A DNA stretch of 64,000 nt, taken from assembly GCA_963798845.1 (NCBI GenBank), contig CAWCUS010000006.1:320001-384000 (forward strand). The letters run 5' to 3'. The notes under the pieces are model-generated. The model was not told the origin of the DNA. It did not search any database and saw only the letters and a program-made list of their open reading frames with translations. The stretch is from an uncultured Gemmatimonadales bacterium. GTDB lineage: Bacteria > Gemmatimonadota > Gemmatimonadetes > Longimicrobiales > RSA9. This document shows, one piece after another, positions 38,610 through 48,773 of this stretch (position 1 is its first letter; the number at the start of each line of letters is the position of its first letter). The position numbers and the translations under genes are program-made.

Positions 38610-39680
38610 TTGGACGTTCGATCGGTGGAGTTCCTGAAGCGGCTTCTCGACGCCGCCGGCCCGAGCGGATTCGAGGCCAGGGCGGCGCGCGTGTGGCGGG
38701 AGGAGGCGGAGACCTTCGCCGACACGGTCACGGCAGACGTGAGCGGCAACTCAATGGCCGCTGTGAACCCGGAGGGTGTGCCGCGGGTGATGCTGGCCGG
38801 TCACATCGACGAGATCGGCCTGATGCTGACACACATCGATGACGACGGCTACCTCTATTTCCAAGGAATCGGTGGCTGGGACCCGCAGGTGCTGGTGGGC
38901 CAGCGTGTCCGGCTTCTGACGCAGAACGGGGACATCTCGGGTGTGGTCGGCAAGAAGCCGATCCACCTGATGAAGGGCGACGAGAAGGACAAGGCGTCGA
39001 AGATCGAGGATCTGTGGATCGATGTCGGCGCCGCGAACAGGGAAGCCGCGAAGCGACTGGGTGTTCGCGTGGGCGATCCGGCCGTGATCGACGCGCCGGT
39101 GGTGGAGCTGAACGAGGAGCGGATCGTCAGCCGCGCCATCGACAACCGGATCGGTGCCTTCGTGGTGCTGGAAGCGCTACGGCTTCTGGCCGCGGAGCGG
39201 CCGCAGGCGTCGGTGACGGCCGTTGCCACGTCCCAGGAGGAGATCGGATACAGTGGCGGCGGCGCGCGCACGAGTGCGTACACGGTGGACCCGGCGGTGG
39301 CACTGGTGGTGGACGTCACCTTCTCGTCCGACGCCCCGGGGCTGGAGAAGAAGGAGCTCGGGGAGCACAAGCTGGGCGGGGGTCCCGTCCTGGCCCGGGG
39401 CTCCGCGGCGCATCCGGTGGTGTTCGACCGCCTGGTCGAGATCGCGGAGCGGGAAGGGATTCCGTACACGATCGCGGCACAGGCTCGCTTCACCGCCACG
39501 GACGCGGACACGATCTATCTGTCCCGGGCGGGCGTGGCCACGGGCCTCATCTCCGTGCCCAACAGATACATGCACTCGCCGAACGAGATGGTGAGCCGCT
39601 CGGACCTGGAGCACGCTTCCAGGCTCATTGCCACCTTCGTGCGCGAGCTGGGTCCGGATACCGATTTCGTGCCGAGGTAG
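38610..39680 (+). CDS. M42 family metallo-aminopeptidase
   Basis: PSGFE, AGHIDEIG, AIDNRIG, QEEIG, VDVT, RYMHSP; GGAGG RBS before TTG. Confidence 0.93.
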   Translation: MDVRSVEFLKRLLDAAGPSGFEARAARVWREEAETFADTVTADVSGNSMAAVNPEGVPRVMLAGHIDEIGLMLTHIDDDGYLYFQGIGGWDPQVLVGQRVRLLTQNGDISGVVGKKPIHLMKGDEKDKASKIEDLWIDVGAANREAAKRLGVRVGDPAVIDAPVVELNEERIVSRAIDNRIGAFVVLEALRLLAAERPQASVTAVATSQEEIGYSGGGARTSAYTVDPAVALVVDVTFSSDAPGLEKKELGEHKLGGGPVLARGSAAHPVVFDRLVEIAEREGIPYTIAAQARFTATDADTIYLSRAGVATGLISVPNRYMHSPNEMVSRSDLEHASRLIATFVRELGPDTDFVPR

Positions 39681-39688
39681 TGAACGGG

Positions 39689-40321
39689 ATGCGCCTGATC
39701 GACATCTCGCAGCCGCTCGGGCCCGGCACGGCGGCCTGGCCAGGGGACCGGCCCTTCGAGCTCCAGTGGAGCCTGCGCCGGGACCGCGGCGACAGCGTCG
39801 ACGTGGCCAGCATCACGTTGAGCGTCCACACGGGCACTCATGTCGACGGTCCCGGCCACACCGGGGACGGGCCGGGGGCCGGCGCCCTGGACCTGGCGCC
39901 GTTCTTCGGCCCGTGCGTGGTGGTGGACGCTCGCGCTGCAGTGGCGGGAGAGCCTGCGGTGGTGACCGCGGCGGCACTCGAGGGTGTGGACGTCGCGAGG
40001 ACGCCCCGTCTCCTGTTGAGGACGCGAGACTCGGTGGACGCGGCCCGGTTCCCCGAGCGGTTCGCCGCATTTTCGGTCGAGCTCGCGCGCGAGGTGTCGC
40101 GGCGCGGCTTCGTGCTGGTCGGGACCGATGCGCCTTCCGTGGATCCGGTGGACTCAACGACGCTGAACGCGCACCGGTTGCTGGCAGAGGCCGGGATCCC
40201 GAACGTGGAGAACCTGGTCCTGTCCGGGGTAACACCGGGCCTGTACACGTTCATCGGGTTGCCGCTCCGCCTCGTGGAGGCGGACAGCTCGCCGGTCCGC
40301 GCGGCGCTGATCGCGTCGTAG
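39689..40321 (+). CDS. Cyclase family / kynurenine formamidase-like
   Basis: HTGTHVDGPGH, GTDAPSVD, ENL, DSSPVRA. Confidence 0.88.
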   Translation: MRLIDISQPLGPGTAAWPGDRPFELQWSLRRDRGDSVDVASITLSVHTGTHVDGPGHTGDGPGAGALDLAPFFGPCVVVDARAAVAGEPAVVTAAALEGVDVARTPRLLLRTRDSVDAARFPERFAAFSVELAREVSRRGFVLVGTDAPSVDPVDSTTLNAHRLLAEAGIPNVENLVLSGVTPGLYTFIGLPLRLVEADSSPVRAALIAS

Positions 40322-40372
40322 GAAGCGAGGTGGATCACCGGGAGCCTGGCCAGCGCCAGGGGAGGCGTACGC

Positions 40373-40840
40373 TTGACAGTACCCATCGTCATCCCGTGGG
40401 ACCTCTACGAGGGCAAGCTGGTGGTCTGGTGCGAGACGGTGGCGGCGGGTGCCCGGCGGGCCGTGCTGCTGCCACGATTGGACACCATCTTCGCCCCGAC
40501 GGAAGAGGATCCGACGCGGGAGAGGGAGTACGCGTCGCTCGACTGGCGGCTGGTGTCCCCTCGGGAAGAGGACTGGGCCCGCTACGCTTCGATCGTGGCG
40601 TCGCACGCGGGACGCTACCGTATACTCCACCGAATGCAGCGGGTGGAGAACATCGCAGAGTGGGTGGCGGGGCGGAAGGTGGTGGTGCCACAGTACCACC
40701 TGTGGCTGTACGGACGGGAAGAGACAGGGGTCGAGATCGACAGACTGTATGCAGAGCCGGACGCCGGCGCGCGGCGGCGGCTCTGGCGTGACCTGCTGGC
40801 GTGGCAGACGTCAGCGCAACTGCGGATGGAGGACGACTGA
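40373..40840 (+). CDS. Hypothetical protein
   Basis: GGAGG RBS, TTG start; within operon. Confidence 0.68.
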   Translation: MTVPIVIPWDLYEGKLVVWCETVAAGARRAVLLPRLDTIFAPTEEDPTREREYASLDWRLVSPREEDWARYASIVASHAGRYRILHRMQRVENIAEWVAGRKVVVPQYHLWLYGREETGVEIDRLYAEPDAGARRRLWRDLLAWQTSAQLRMEDD

Positions 40841-40845
40841 GTCGC

Positions 40846-41316
40846 ATGGATACGACGAAGCTGGTGAAAGAGATCCAGGGGATGCGGGAGGGTGGCTACC
40901 TGGCCGACCCGATCCTGCGGAAGGCGGTCCGGACGCTTGAAGAGGCGGATGACCGTTTCAACTGGGTGGGCGTGTACCTGATGAGGGAGAACGAGCAGAA
41001 GCTCTGGCTCCACAACTACGTGGGTACCCCGACGGAGCACGCCATCATCGAGGTCGGCCAGGGTGTGTGCGGCACGGCCGTGGCCGAGAAGGCCAACCAG
41101 ATGGTGGCGGATGTGAGCCAGGTTGAGAACTACCTGGCATGCAGTCCCAAGGTGAAGTCGGAGATGGTGGTGCTGATCCGTGCGGGTGACGAGATCCTGG
41201 GGCAGATCGACATCGACAGCCACCAGAAGGCCGCCTTCACAGAGGCGGACGAGGGAGGCGTGCAGCTGGTGGCGGACAAGCTCGCGGAAGTCCTGATGCA
41301 CGAGCGGCAGAGCTGA
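40846..41316 (+). CDS. msrC: GAF domain protein, free methionine-(R)-sulfoxide reductase-like
   Basis: NWVGVYL, GQGVCGTA, YLACS...SEMVV, GQIDIDS. Confidence 0.8.
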   Translation: MDTTKLVKEIQGMREGGYLADPILRKAVRTLEEADDRFNWVGVYLMRENEQKLWLHNYVGTPTEHAIIEVGQGVCGTAVAEKANQMVADVSQVENYLACSPKVKSEMVVLIRAGDEILGQIDIDSHQKAAFTEADEGGVQLVADKLAEVLMHERQS

Positions 41317-41323
41317 GCCGATC

Positions 41324-42085
41324 GTGCTGAGGACGGTCCTTGCGCCGAATGCGTCGCCGCTGACGCTGGACGGCACCCGGACCTACATCGTCGGACGTGA
41401 CCGGGTCGCGATCATCGACCCGGGCTCGAAAGACCCGGGACACCTGGATGCGGTATCGCTGGCCATCGGCGACGCGGCCGTGTCCGCCATTCTGGTCACG
41501 CATGCCCATCCGGACCACGCCGATGGCGCCGGCGAGCTGGCCGAGCGCCACGGCGCGCCGGTGCGGATGGAACGGACACGCTCCCTCGCAGACGGCGCCC
41601 GTGTCCCGACCGACGACGGGGACCTCGTGGCCGTGTTCACCCCCGGGCACACCCTGGATCACGTCTCCTTCCACTGGGCCGCGAAGGACGCCGTGTTCTG
41701 CGGCGACCTGATGATGGGCGGCGCGGACACCGCCCTGGTGGCACCGCCGGAAGGGGGGCTCGGCCCCTACCTCGCCTCGCTGGAGCGGATCCGGTCGTTG
41801 AGGCCGAACGTCATCTACCCGGGCCACGGTCCCGCCTTCCAGACTCCCGACCAGGCACTCGATCGCTACGTCCGCCACCGACAGCTGCGCCTGGAGCAGG
41901 TGGTGAGTGCGCTGCACGGCGGCGCACGAACAGCCGACGACCTGCTTGCCGCCGTATACGGCCCCCGCCTCGACCCGGATCTGGAGGCAGCCGCGGCGGC
42001 GGCGCTGAAGGCGTACCTCGAGTACCTCCAGGGGCAGGGACGGATCCGCCGCGCCGGACGCGGATGGGAGCCCCGGGAGCGATGA
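41324..42085 (+). CDS. MBL-fold metallo-hydrolase with C-terminal winged helix
   Basis: APNASPLTLDGT, THAHPDH, TPGHTLDH, GDL, PGHGP. Confidence 0.9.
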   Translation: MLRTVLAPNASPLTLDGTRTYIVGRDRVAIIDPGSKDPGHLDAVSLAIGDAAVSAILVTHAHPDHADGAGELAERHGAPVRMERTRSLADGARVPTDDGDLVAVFTPGHTLDHVSFHWAAKDAVFCGDLMMGGADTALVAPPEGGLGPYLASLERIRSLRPNVIYPGHGPAFQTPDQALDRYVRHRQLRLEQVVSALHGGARTADDLLAAVYGPRLDPDLEAAAAAALKAYLEYLQGQGRIRRAGRGWEPRER

Positions 42086-43215
42086 CGGTCGCCTCCCCGG
42101 GCGAGGAGAAGGCGGCCGGATCCGTGCTGGAGCGGCTGCGAGCGCTTGTGGAGCTCGAGTCCCCATCCGAAGACGAGGATCGCCTGCGCGCGCTGGCAGG
42201 GCACCTGGCCCGGACCCTCACCGACCTCGGCGCCGCCGTCGAGCGGGTGGAGGCCCCCGGGGTAGGTGAGCACCTCGTGGCCCGGGCACGGGGCACCGAG
42301 CCGCAGCTGGAACCGGTCCTGATCCTGGGCCACTTCGACACCGTCCACCCGGCGGGCTCCTTCGCGCCGGCCTTCACCGTGGCGAACGGCATCGCTCGCG
42401 GCCCCGGCGTATTCGACATGAAGGGCGGCATCGCGTGCGTGCTCGAGGCGCTTGCTCGCCTTGCCGGTCGGGGCCGCGCGCCGCGGCGCCCCGTCGTCCT
42501 GCTGCTGACGTGCGACGAGGAGACGGGCTCGACCACGTCGCGCGAGCTGATCGAAGCGCTCGGGCGCGAGGCCTCGGCGGTGCTGGTGCCCGAGCCGCCG
42601 CTGGAGAATGGGGCGGCGAAGACGCGGCGGAAGGGCGTCGCCTTGTACCGCGTGGACGTGACGGGCAAGGCGTCCCACGCGGGTCTGGACCCGGACGGGG
42701 GCGTTAACGCCGCGGTGGAGCTCGCGCACCAGGTCGTTGCAGCGGCGTCGCTCGGCGACCGGGGGGCGGGGACGACGGTTTCCGTGACGCGGATCGGCGG
42801 CGGCACGGCGTCGAACGTGATTCCGGCTTCGGCGTGGGCGCTCCTGGACGTCCGCTTCACGAGCGCCGATGAAGCGCGCCGGATCGATCGGCTGCTGCGC
42901 TCGCTGACGCCGGCGACGCCCGGGGCTTCGGTCGAGGTCAGCGGAGGGACGAATCGGCCGCCGCTGGAGCGCACTCCCGGGGTGGTGGCGCTGCTGGAAC
43001 GAGCGCGGTCCCTGGCAACGGCGAATGGCTGGACGCTGGCCGAGGGCTCGGCCGGGGGTGCCAGTGACGGTTGCTACACCGCGGCGCTGGGCACACCCAC
43101 GCTGGACGGCATCGGCCCGGCTGGCGGTGGGGCGCACACGCCGGACGAGCACGTCCTGGTCGAGGACCTCGAGCGGCGAGTGTCCCTGTACGCGAGGCTG
43201 CTGGAAACGCTATGA
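42082..43215 (+). CDS. M20 family metallopeptidase (glutamate carboxypeptidase/desuccinylase-like)
   Basis: GHFDTV, GPGVFDMKGG, DEETGS, GGASDG, GGAHTPDE. Confidence 0.92.
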   Translation: MTVASPGEEKAAGSVLERLRALVELESPSEDEDRLRALAGHLARTLTDLGAAVERVEAPGVGEHLVARARGTEPQLEPVLILGHFDTVHPAGSFAPAFTVANGIARGPGVFDMKGGIACVLEALARLAGRGRAPRRPVVLLLTCDEETGSTTSRELIEALGREASAVLVPEPPLENGAAKTRRKGVALYRVDVTGKASHAGLDPDGGVNAAVELAHQVVAAASLGDRGAGTTVSVTRIGGGTASNVIPASAWALLDVRFTSADEARRIDRLLRSLTPATPGASVEVSGGTNRPPLERTPGVVALLERARSLATANGWTLAEGSAGGASDGCYTAALGTPTLDGIGPAGGGAHTPDEHVLVEDLERRVSLYARLLETL

Positions 43216-44033
43216 CGGAGATCGTGGTCCGACCGGTGGAGGGACCGGCGGAGCGGGAGGCATGCGTGCGCCTCCAGCAGGCCACGTGGGGCCGCGACTT
43301 CGCCGACCGGGTCCCCGCGTCCATCCTCATGCTGGCCCAGGAGATGGGCGGAATAGTGAGCGGCGCGTTCCTCGGTGACCGGCTGGTGGGGTTCGTGTTC
43401 GGGATCACGGGGCTCCGGGACGGCGAGCTCGCGCACTGGTCCGACATGCTCGCCGTGGACCCGGAGGTCCGCGGCCGCGGAGTCGGGAGACGCCTGAAGC
43501 TGCACCAGCGCGAGCTTCTGCTCGCCCGCGACGTCCCGCGGATGATCTGGACCACCGACCCGCTCGAAGCCCGCAACGCCCACCTGAACCTGCGGCGTCT
43601 CGGCGCCACCGCCCGGACGTATCTCCGCGAGCTCTATGGCGATTCGGTCTCGCCTCTGCACGCAGGAATCGGCACGGACCGGATCCTCTGTGAATGGGCG
43701 CTCGACTCGGAGCGGGTCGCCGCCCGCGTGGCCGGCAGCGGGCCGGAGACGCCCGCCCGGCCGGGGACCATCCTCAACCCGACGGCGGAGGCAGGCAGAC
43801 CGTGGCCGCAGCCGCCGGAAGGCGGAGTGACGCCCCGGGCCGAAGTCGTGGGGGTGGTCGTTCCCGCGGAGATCCAGGGGTTGAAGTCGGCGGATCCGGA
43901 GCTTGCGCGCGCGTGGCGTTTGAGCGTGCGGACGGCGCTCGAGGCCGCCTTCCGCGAGGGCTACGTGGCAGTCGACTTCATTTCGGGGCCTGTGGTGGGG
44001 ACGTACGTGCTCGCGCGCGGCTTGTCCCTGTAG
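43212..44033 (+). CDS. GNAT family acyltransferase (D-amino-acid N-succinyltransferase-like)
   Basis: GG.VSGAF...LVGF, SDMLAV.PEVRGRGVG..LK..QR, WTTDPL.ARNAHLNL..LGA, TDR....W. Confidence 0.82.
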   Translation: MTEIVVRPVEGPAEREACVRLQQATWGRDFADRVPASILMLAQEMGGIVSGAFLGDRLVGFVFGITGLRDGELAHWSDMLAVDPEVRGRGVGRRLKLHQRELLLARDVPRMIWTTDPLEARNAHLNLRRLGATARTYLRELYGDSVSPLHAGIGTDRILCEWALDSERVAARVAGSGPETPARPGTILNPTAEAGRPWPQPPEGGVTPRAEVVGVVVPAEIQGLKSADPELARAWRLSVRTALEAAFREGYVAVDFISGPVVGTYVLARGLSL

Positions 44034-45934
44034 AGCTCGGCGTCGGCCCTCTGCAGGAGATCCTCCGCCCCGGTCACGTCGCGGGCGTACACCGCGATTC
44101 CCGCGGACACGCCAATGTCGCAGCGACCCAGCTTTGTCGCCGCGTCCGAGAATCGTGCGCGAACCCGCTCGACGAAGACGCGCGCGCCGGCAAGATCGGT
44201 GTCGGAGAGCAGCGCGACGAACTCGTCACCACCGTAGCGTGCGGCCAGGTTCATGGCCCGGGTCTCCTCCCGCAAGGTGCTGCCGAATGCGGCCAACGCC
44301 TGGTCGCCGGCGAGGTGCCCGTACGTGTCGTTGTACTCCTTGAAGGTGTCGAGGTCGAACATCACTGCGGCGAGGCGACGTCCGCGCCGGGCGGCCGCGA
44401 ACTCCCGTTCCAGCTCCCGCTGCAGCTGGCGCCGGTTGGCCAGCCCGGTGAGCGGGTCCGTGATGGAAAGGGTGCGGACCTGATCAAAGAGGCGCGCGGT
44501 CTTGATCCCGATGCCTGCCTGTTCCGCCATCGCCCCCAGGAGGTGCAGCTCCTCTGCCTGGAACGGGTCGCTCCGGATGCAGGCGAACAGGGCACCGAAG
44601 GTCTGGTCACGGAATCGGATCGGCGCAGCCGCCACGGGCCAGCGCCCGAGGAACGCGAGGCTTTCCGGCTGGATATACGGGTCCCGCGTCGGGTCCACCG
44701 TGGCGCGCGGCTCACCGTGGAGCACCACCCAGCCGGTGAAGCTGCCCTCGAGGGGGAAGCGGAGCCCGACCACGTCCTCGGACATGCCGACCACGGCCCG
44801 GGTCTCCAGCGTCCGCCCGTCCTCGGTCAGGAGCTCGATCCCGGCCGCTCTCGTGCCGAAAACGCGGCGCGCTGCCTCCGAGATCAGCCTGAGCGTGGAA
44901 TCGAGATCCGTCGTGCCGGCGAGCGAGTGAGCCACCTCCACGAGCGCCTGCGTATGCGCCAGCTGCCGCCGATGGTCCGCACCCCGTTCCGCTGCGCGGA
45001 GCGCCTGCGCGGTGCGAACTGCCAGCACGACCGCGAGCAGCGCGATCGCCCCGAGCGTGACGCGGCTCACGGCGTCGCGAAAAGCGATATCCAGCGCAGC
45101 GGCGCCGAGAAGGAGCGAGACGGCCGGCACGATCGAGGCGCGCACCACCTCGTGGGCGCGGCGTCCCACTAGCATGGCGGCGGCCGTGGCGGCCTGGCGC
45201 CTCGCTCGATACCCGGCGGCCGCGAACAGCAACCAGCCGGCGACCCATGCGAGGTCGAAGCCGTCGCCCATGCGCAGCGGGTGCGCGTCGATACCGGCCA
45301 GTGAGAACAGCGTGGCCGCGGCGAAGAGAGCCGTGGCGAGGAAAAGGAGCACCGCGGAGGAGGAATCCAGCGTGGAGGTGCCACGCAGCAGGACGAGCGC
45401 CGACACGAGCGCAGGCACGACGACCACGGTGTGGGCGAGGGCCAGGGTGGCCAGCTCGGCGTGAGTCGCGCTTCGGGCGAGGAGCGGCTCCACGGCCACG
45501 CGCAGCGTGATCACCACCGCGGCCAGGAGCAGAAGGGCGGCATCCCCCTTCAGCGCCGGTGTCCACAGGCTCTGCCGCCGCTGTCCAACGGCCAGAGCGG
45601 CGCCCACCGCGAGAAGGATGTTGGGCAGCAGGTAGACGTACAGCGACAGCGGCACACCGGCCGGGGACCAGACGTACTGCTCGTACAGGGCGAGGATCTC
45701 CGCCACCACCGCCACCGCCGCGGCGCTCGCCAGCACCACGAAAGCCAGGCGCGGCCACGAAAGCGCCCGGCGCGCAGCGTACCCCCACCCGAGCGAGCCG
45801 ATCAGGGGCGCGAACACCCAGGGCCACGCGCGAAGCGGCGCGGCACCCGCGTGCGCGAGCAACGGCAGCGATGCCACGGCGACGGCGATGATGCCGAGGA
45901 GCCACCACGGCACCCTCGCCGTCGATCGCTGCAT
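43961..45934 (-). CDS. Membrane-bound GAF-GGDEF diguanylate cyclase
   Basis: Multi-TM N-terminus, GAF, TDPLTGLANRR, DLDTFKEYNDTYGHLAGD, ARYGGDEF; start uncertain. Confidence 0.9.
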   Translation of the reverse strand: MQRSTARVPWWLLGIIAVAVASLPLLAHAGAAPLRAWPWVFAPLIGSLGWGYAARRALSWPRLAFVVLASAAAVAVVAEILALYEQYVWSPAGVPLSLYVYLLPNILLAVGAALAVGQRRQSLWTPALKGDAALLLLAAVVITLRVAVEPLLARSATHAELATLALAHTVVVVPALVSALVLLRGTSTLDSSSAVLLFLATALFAAATLFSLAGIDAHPLRMGDGFDLAWVAGWLLFAAAGYRARRQAATAAAMLVGRRAHEVVRASIVPAVSLLLGAAALDIAFRDAVSRVTLGAIALLAVVLAVRTAQALRAAERGADHRRQLAHTQALVEVAHSLAGTTDLDSTLRLISEAARRVFGTRAAGIELLTEDGRTLETRAVVGMSEDVVGLRFPLEGSFTGWVVLHGEPRATVDPTRDPYIQPESLAFLGRWPVAAAPIRFRDQTFGALFACIRSDPFQAEELHLLGAMAEQAGIGIKTARLFDQVRTLSITDPLTGLANRRQLQRELEREFAAARRGRRLAAVMFDLDTFKEYNDTYGHLAGDQALAAFGSTLREETRAMNLAARYGGDEFVALLSDTDLAGARVFVERVRARFSDAATKLGRCDIGVSAGIAVYARDVTGAEDLLQRADAELYRDKPRASTYVPTTGPEMKSTAT

Positions 45935-46097
45935 CACGCGAACGGCGCCAGTTGCTATGAGTTCGCTTCGGGGTGTCGGTAGATCGACCCCCATGGTGCC
46001 CTTCCTGGACTTCCTATATACGTTGCCCGGGAGATTAGGGAGGGCTCGCCAAGTCCAGGGAAGTTACTCCCTCGGGCGCGCACGTTCAAGGATCGCA

Positions 46098-47207
46098 ATG
46101 CGCATTCACCGGGTTCGGCTCAGGACCATCCAGCTCCGTCTCCGCCACCCGTTCCGGATCTCCTCGGGCGTGACGCACGAACGGACCATCCTGCTGGCGT
46201 TCGTCGACTTCGGCGGGATGGAGGGGGTAGCCGAGTGCGTGGCAGGAGAGGCGCCCATCTACACGGCGGAGACGGTGGAGACCGCGAGCTGGGTGATCCA
46301 GCGCCACCTGGCGCCTGCGGTGATCGGCGTGGAGTTCGCAGACCCGCCCGCGCTCTGGGGTCTTCTGGAGCGCACTGCGCGCGGGCACCTGATGGCGAAG
46401 GCGGCGATCGAGATGGCGGCCTGGGATGCGTACGCGAAGCTGCGCGGCGTCCCGCTGGCGGAAGCGCTCGGAGGGGTAGCAGCCGCCGTTCCGGCGGGCG
46501 TGAGCATCGGGATCCAGGATAGCCTGGATGCGCTGCTGGCGCGCGTGAGTGAGTTCGTGCACCAGGGCTACCGACGCGTGAAGCTGAAGATCGCGCCCGG
46601 CAAGGACACCGCGGTCCTGGACGCCGTGCGCTCGGCGTTCCCGGAGGTCCCGCTGACCGTGGACGCGAACAGCGCCTACGAAGCGGGAGACCTCGACCAC
46701 CTGGCGGCGTTCGACCGCTACGAGCTTCAGCTGATCGAGCAGCCCTTCCGGGAGGACGCCCTGCTGCTGCACGCCCGCCTGCAGGCGAGGATGGCGACAC
46801 CGGTATGCCTGGACGAGAGCATCACGTCGGCGGAGCGGTGCCGGGAGGCGCTCGAGCTCGGCGCGTGCCGGGCGGTCAACATCAAGCCGGGCCGGCTCGG
46901 CGGGCATTCCCCCTCCCTCCAGGTCCACGACCTGTGCCGCGATGCGGGTGTGCCCGTCTGGTGCGGGGGAATGCTGGAGTCCGGCATCGGCCGCGCCCAC
47001 AACGTGGCTCTGGCGAGCCTCCCCAACATGAGGCTCCCTGGCGACACATCCGCCAGCGACCGTTACTGGGACAGGGACGTCGTGGACCCGCCTTTCCGCC
47101 TGGCGGAGCACGGAATGGTGGCGGTGCCGACGGGTGCGGGGATCGGCGTCGCCCTGGACGAGGAGTTCCTGACTGCCATCGAGTCCGACCGGGTCGATCT
47201 CGTGTGA
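46098..47207 (+). CDS. menC: o-succinylbenzoate synthase / N-succinylamino acid racemase (NSAR/OSBS subfamily)
   Basis: KLK, DAN, EQP, DES, NIKPGR, WCGGMLESGIGRA. Confidence 0.88.
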   Translation: MRIHRVRLRTIQLRLRHPFRISSGVTHERTILLAFVDFGGMEGVAECVAGEAPIYTAETVETASWVIQRHLAPAVIGVEFADPPALWGLLERTARGHLMAKAAIEMAAWDAYAKLRGVPLAEALGGVAAAVPAGVSIGIQDSLDALLARVSEFVHQGYRRVKLKIAPGKDTAVLDAVRSAFPEVPLTVDANSAYEAGDLDHLAAFDRYELQLIEQPFREDALLLHARLQARMATPVCLDESITSAERCREALELGACRAVNIKPGRLGGHSPSLQVHDLCRDAGVPVWCGGMLESGIGRAHNVALASLPNMRLPGDTSASDRYWDRDVVDPPFRLAEHGMVAVPTGAGIGVALDEEFLTAIESDRVDLV

Positions 47208-47223
47208 TGGCGCCCGCCGAGCG

Positions 47224-48678
47224 TCAACGGCTGGCTTCCGGCAACGGCCTGCTTCCTTCGGACGCGGCGGCGCGCACGAGCTCCCACGCTCGGCGGACGT
47301 GGGCCTCCGTGGTCCGGAGGTTCCCGATCGCGATGCGGATGGCGTAGCGCCCCCGCACGCTGGTGTGCGACATGAAGACCTCGCCGCTGGCATTCACCCG
47401 CGCCAGGATCCGCTCGTTCATCGCGTTCACCGCCTCGTCCTCAAGCCCGGTGGGATGGAAGCGGAAGGCCACCACCGAGAACAGGGTGGGGGCGAGGCGC
47501 TCGAAATCCGGAGCGTCGTCGACCCAGGAGGCGAAGAGTCGGGCGAGCCGGACGTGCTCACGCAGCGCCTCGACGATCCCGCTGCGGCCGAAGTAGCGGA
47601 GCACGAACCAGAGCTTGAGCGAGCGGAACCGCCGACCCAGGGCGACGCCGTAGTCCATCAGATTGGTTACGCCTGTCTCCGGCGTACGCAGGTACTCGGG
47701 GGTCAGGCTGAAGGCCTGGCGCAGGATGTCCGGGTGCCGGGTGTACGCCGCCGAGCAGTCCACGGGCACGAACATCCACTTGTGCGGGTTGACGACCAAC
47801 GAGTCGGCCCGTTCGCATCCGTCCAGAACGTGGCGGAGCTCCGGGACGATGGCGGCCGTGCCGCCGTACGCGGCATCCACGTGGAGCCACATCGCTTCGC
47901 GCTCGCAGATGTCGGCGATTTCCGGAACCGGGTCCACGGCGGTGACGCCCGTGGTCCCGATGGTGGCCACGGCCGCCATGGGTCGGAAGCCACGCGCGCG
48001 GTCCTGACCGATGGCGTGTCGGAGCGCGTCCGTGTCCATGCGGAAGTCCCCGTCGGTTGGCAGGCGAACGAGGTTCTCGGCGCCCAGACCCAGGGCGATG
48101 ACGGCCTTGTCCACGCTGGAGTGCGCCTCCTCGGAGCAGTACACGCGGAGCCGGGGGACGTCGTCGCGGCCCGCGAGCCCGCGCGCCCGGATGTCGAGAC
48201 CCGCAGCCTCACGGGCTGCGGCGAGAGCGTAGAAGGTGCTGGAAGAGGCGGTGTCGTTGATGACCCCATGGAAGGAGGCGGGGAGCCCCAGCAAATCCCG
48301 CAGCCAGCCCAGGGTCACCTCTTCGAGCTCGGTCTGCGCCGGGCCGCTGCGCCAGAGCATGGCGTTGACGTTCAGCGCCGCAGCGAGCGCTTCCCCGAGG
48401 ATCCCGGGCGCCGATCCCGTGATGCCGAAGTAGGCGAAGAACCCCGGGTGATTCCAGTGAGTGGTGTTCGGGACGATGAGCCGGTCATAGTCGGCCAGGA
48501 TCGCCTCGAACGGCTCGGGATGCTCGGGTGCGAGGGGAGGCAGCGCTGCCCGGACGTCGCCGGGCTGCAGCCGCGGAAGCACCGCCACGCGCTCCGGGTG
48601 CGCGAGGTAGTCGGCGATCCGGTCGATGACTGCGCGGCCCTGCTCCCGGAAGGTTTCCGGATCCATGTCGGCGTGCAT
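47224..48678 (-). CDS. PLP-dependent group II (aromatic-L-amino-acid-type) decarboxylase
   Basis: THWNHPGFFAYF, AHSSVDKA, WLHVDAAYGG, NPHKW, LGRRFRSLKLWF. Confidence 0.93.
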   Translation of the reverse strand: MHADMDPETFREQGRAVIDRIADYLAHPERVAVLPRLQPGDVRAALPPLAPEHPEPFEAILADYDRLIVPNTTHWNHPGFFAYFGITGSAPGILGEALAAALNVNAMLWRSGPAQTELEEVTLGWLRDLLGLPASFHGVINDTASSSTFYALAAAREAAGLDIRARGLAGRDDVPRLRVYCSEEAHSSVDKAVIALGLGAENLVRLPTDGDFRMDTDALRHAIGQDRARGFRPMAAVATIGTTGVTAVDPVPEIADICEREAMWLHVDAAYGGTAAIVPELRHVLDGCERADSLVVNPHKWMFVPVDCSAAYTRHPDILRQAFSLTPEYLRTPETGVTNLMDYGVALGRRFRSLKLWFVLRYFGRSGIVEALREHVRLARLFASWVDDAPDFERLAPTLFSVVAFRFHPTGLEDEAVNAMNERILARVNASGEVFMSHTSVRGRYAIRIAIGNLRTTEAHVRRAWELVRAAASEGSRPLPEASR

Positions 48679-48773
48679 GGCAGCGAAACTAGGCGAGCGG
48701 CGACGACGCGTCCACCGCTGGCGCCCACCCGCCCCCGCTTTACGGGCGGACCCGGGGCGACGACCTTCCGTCG

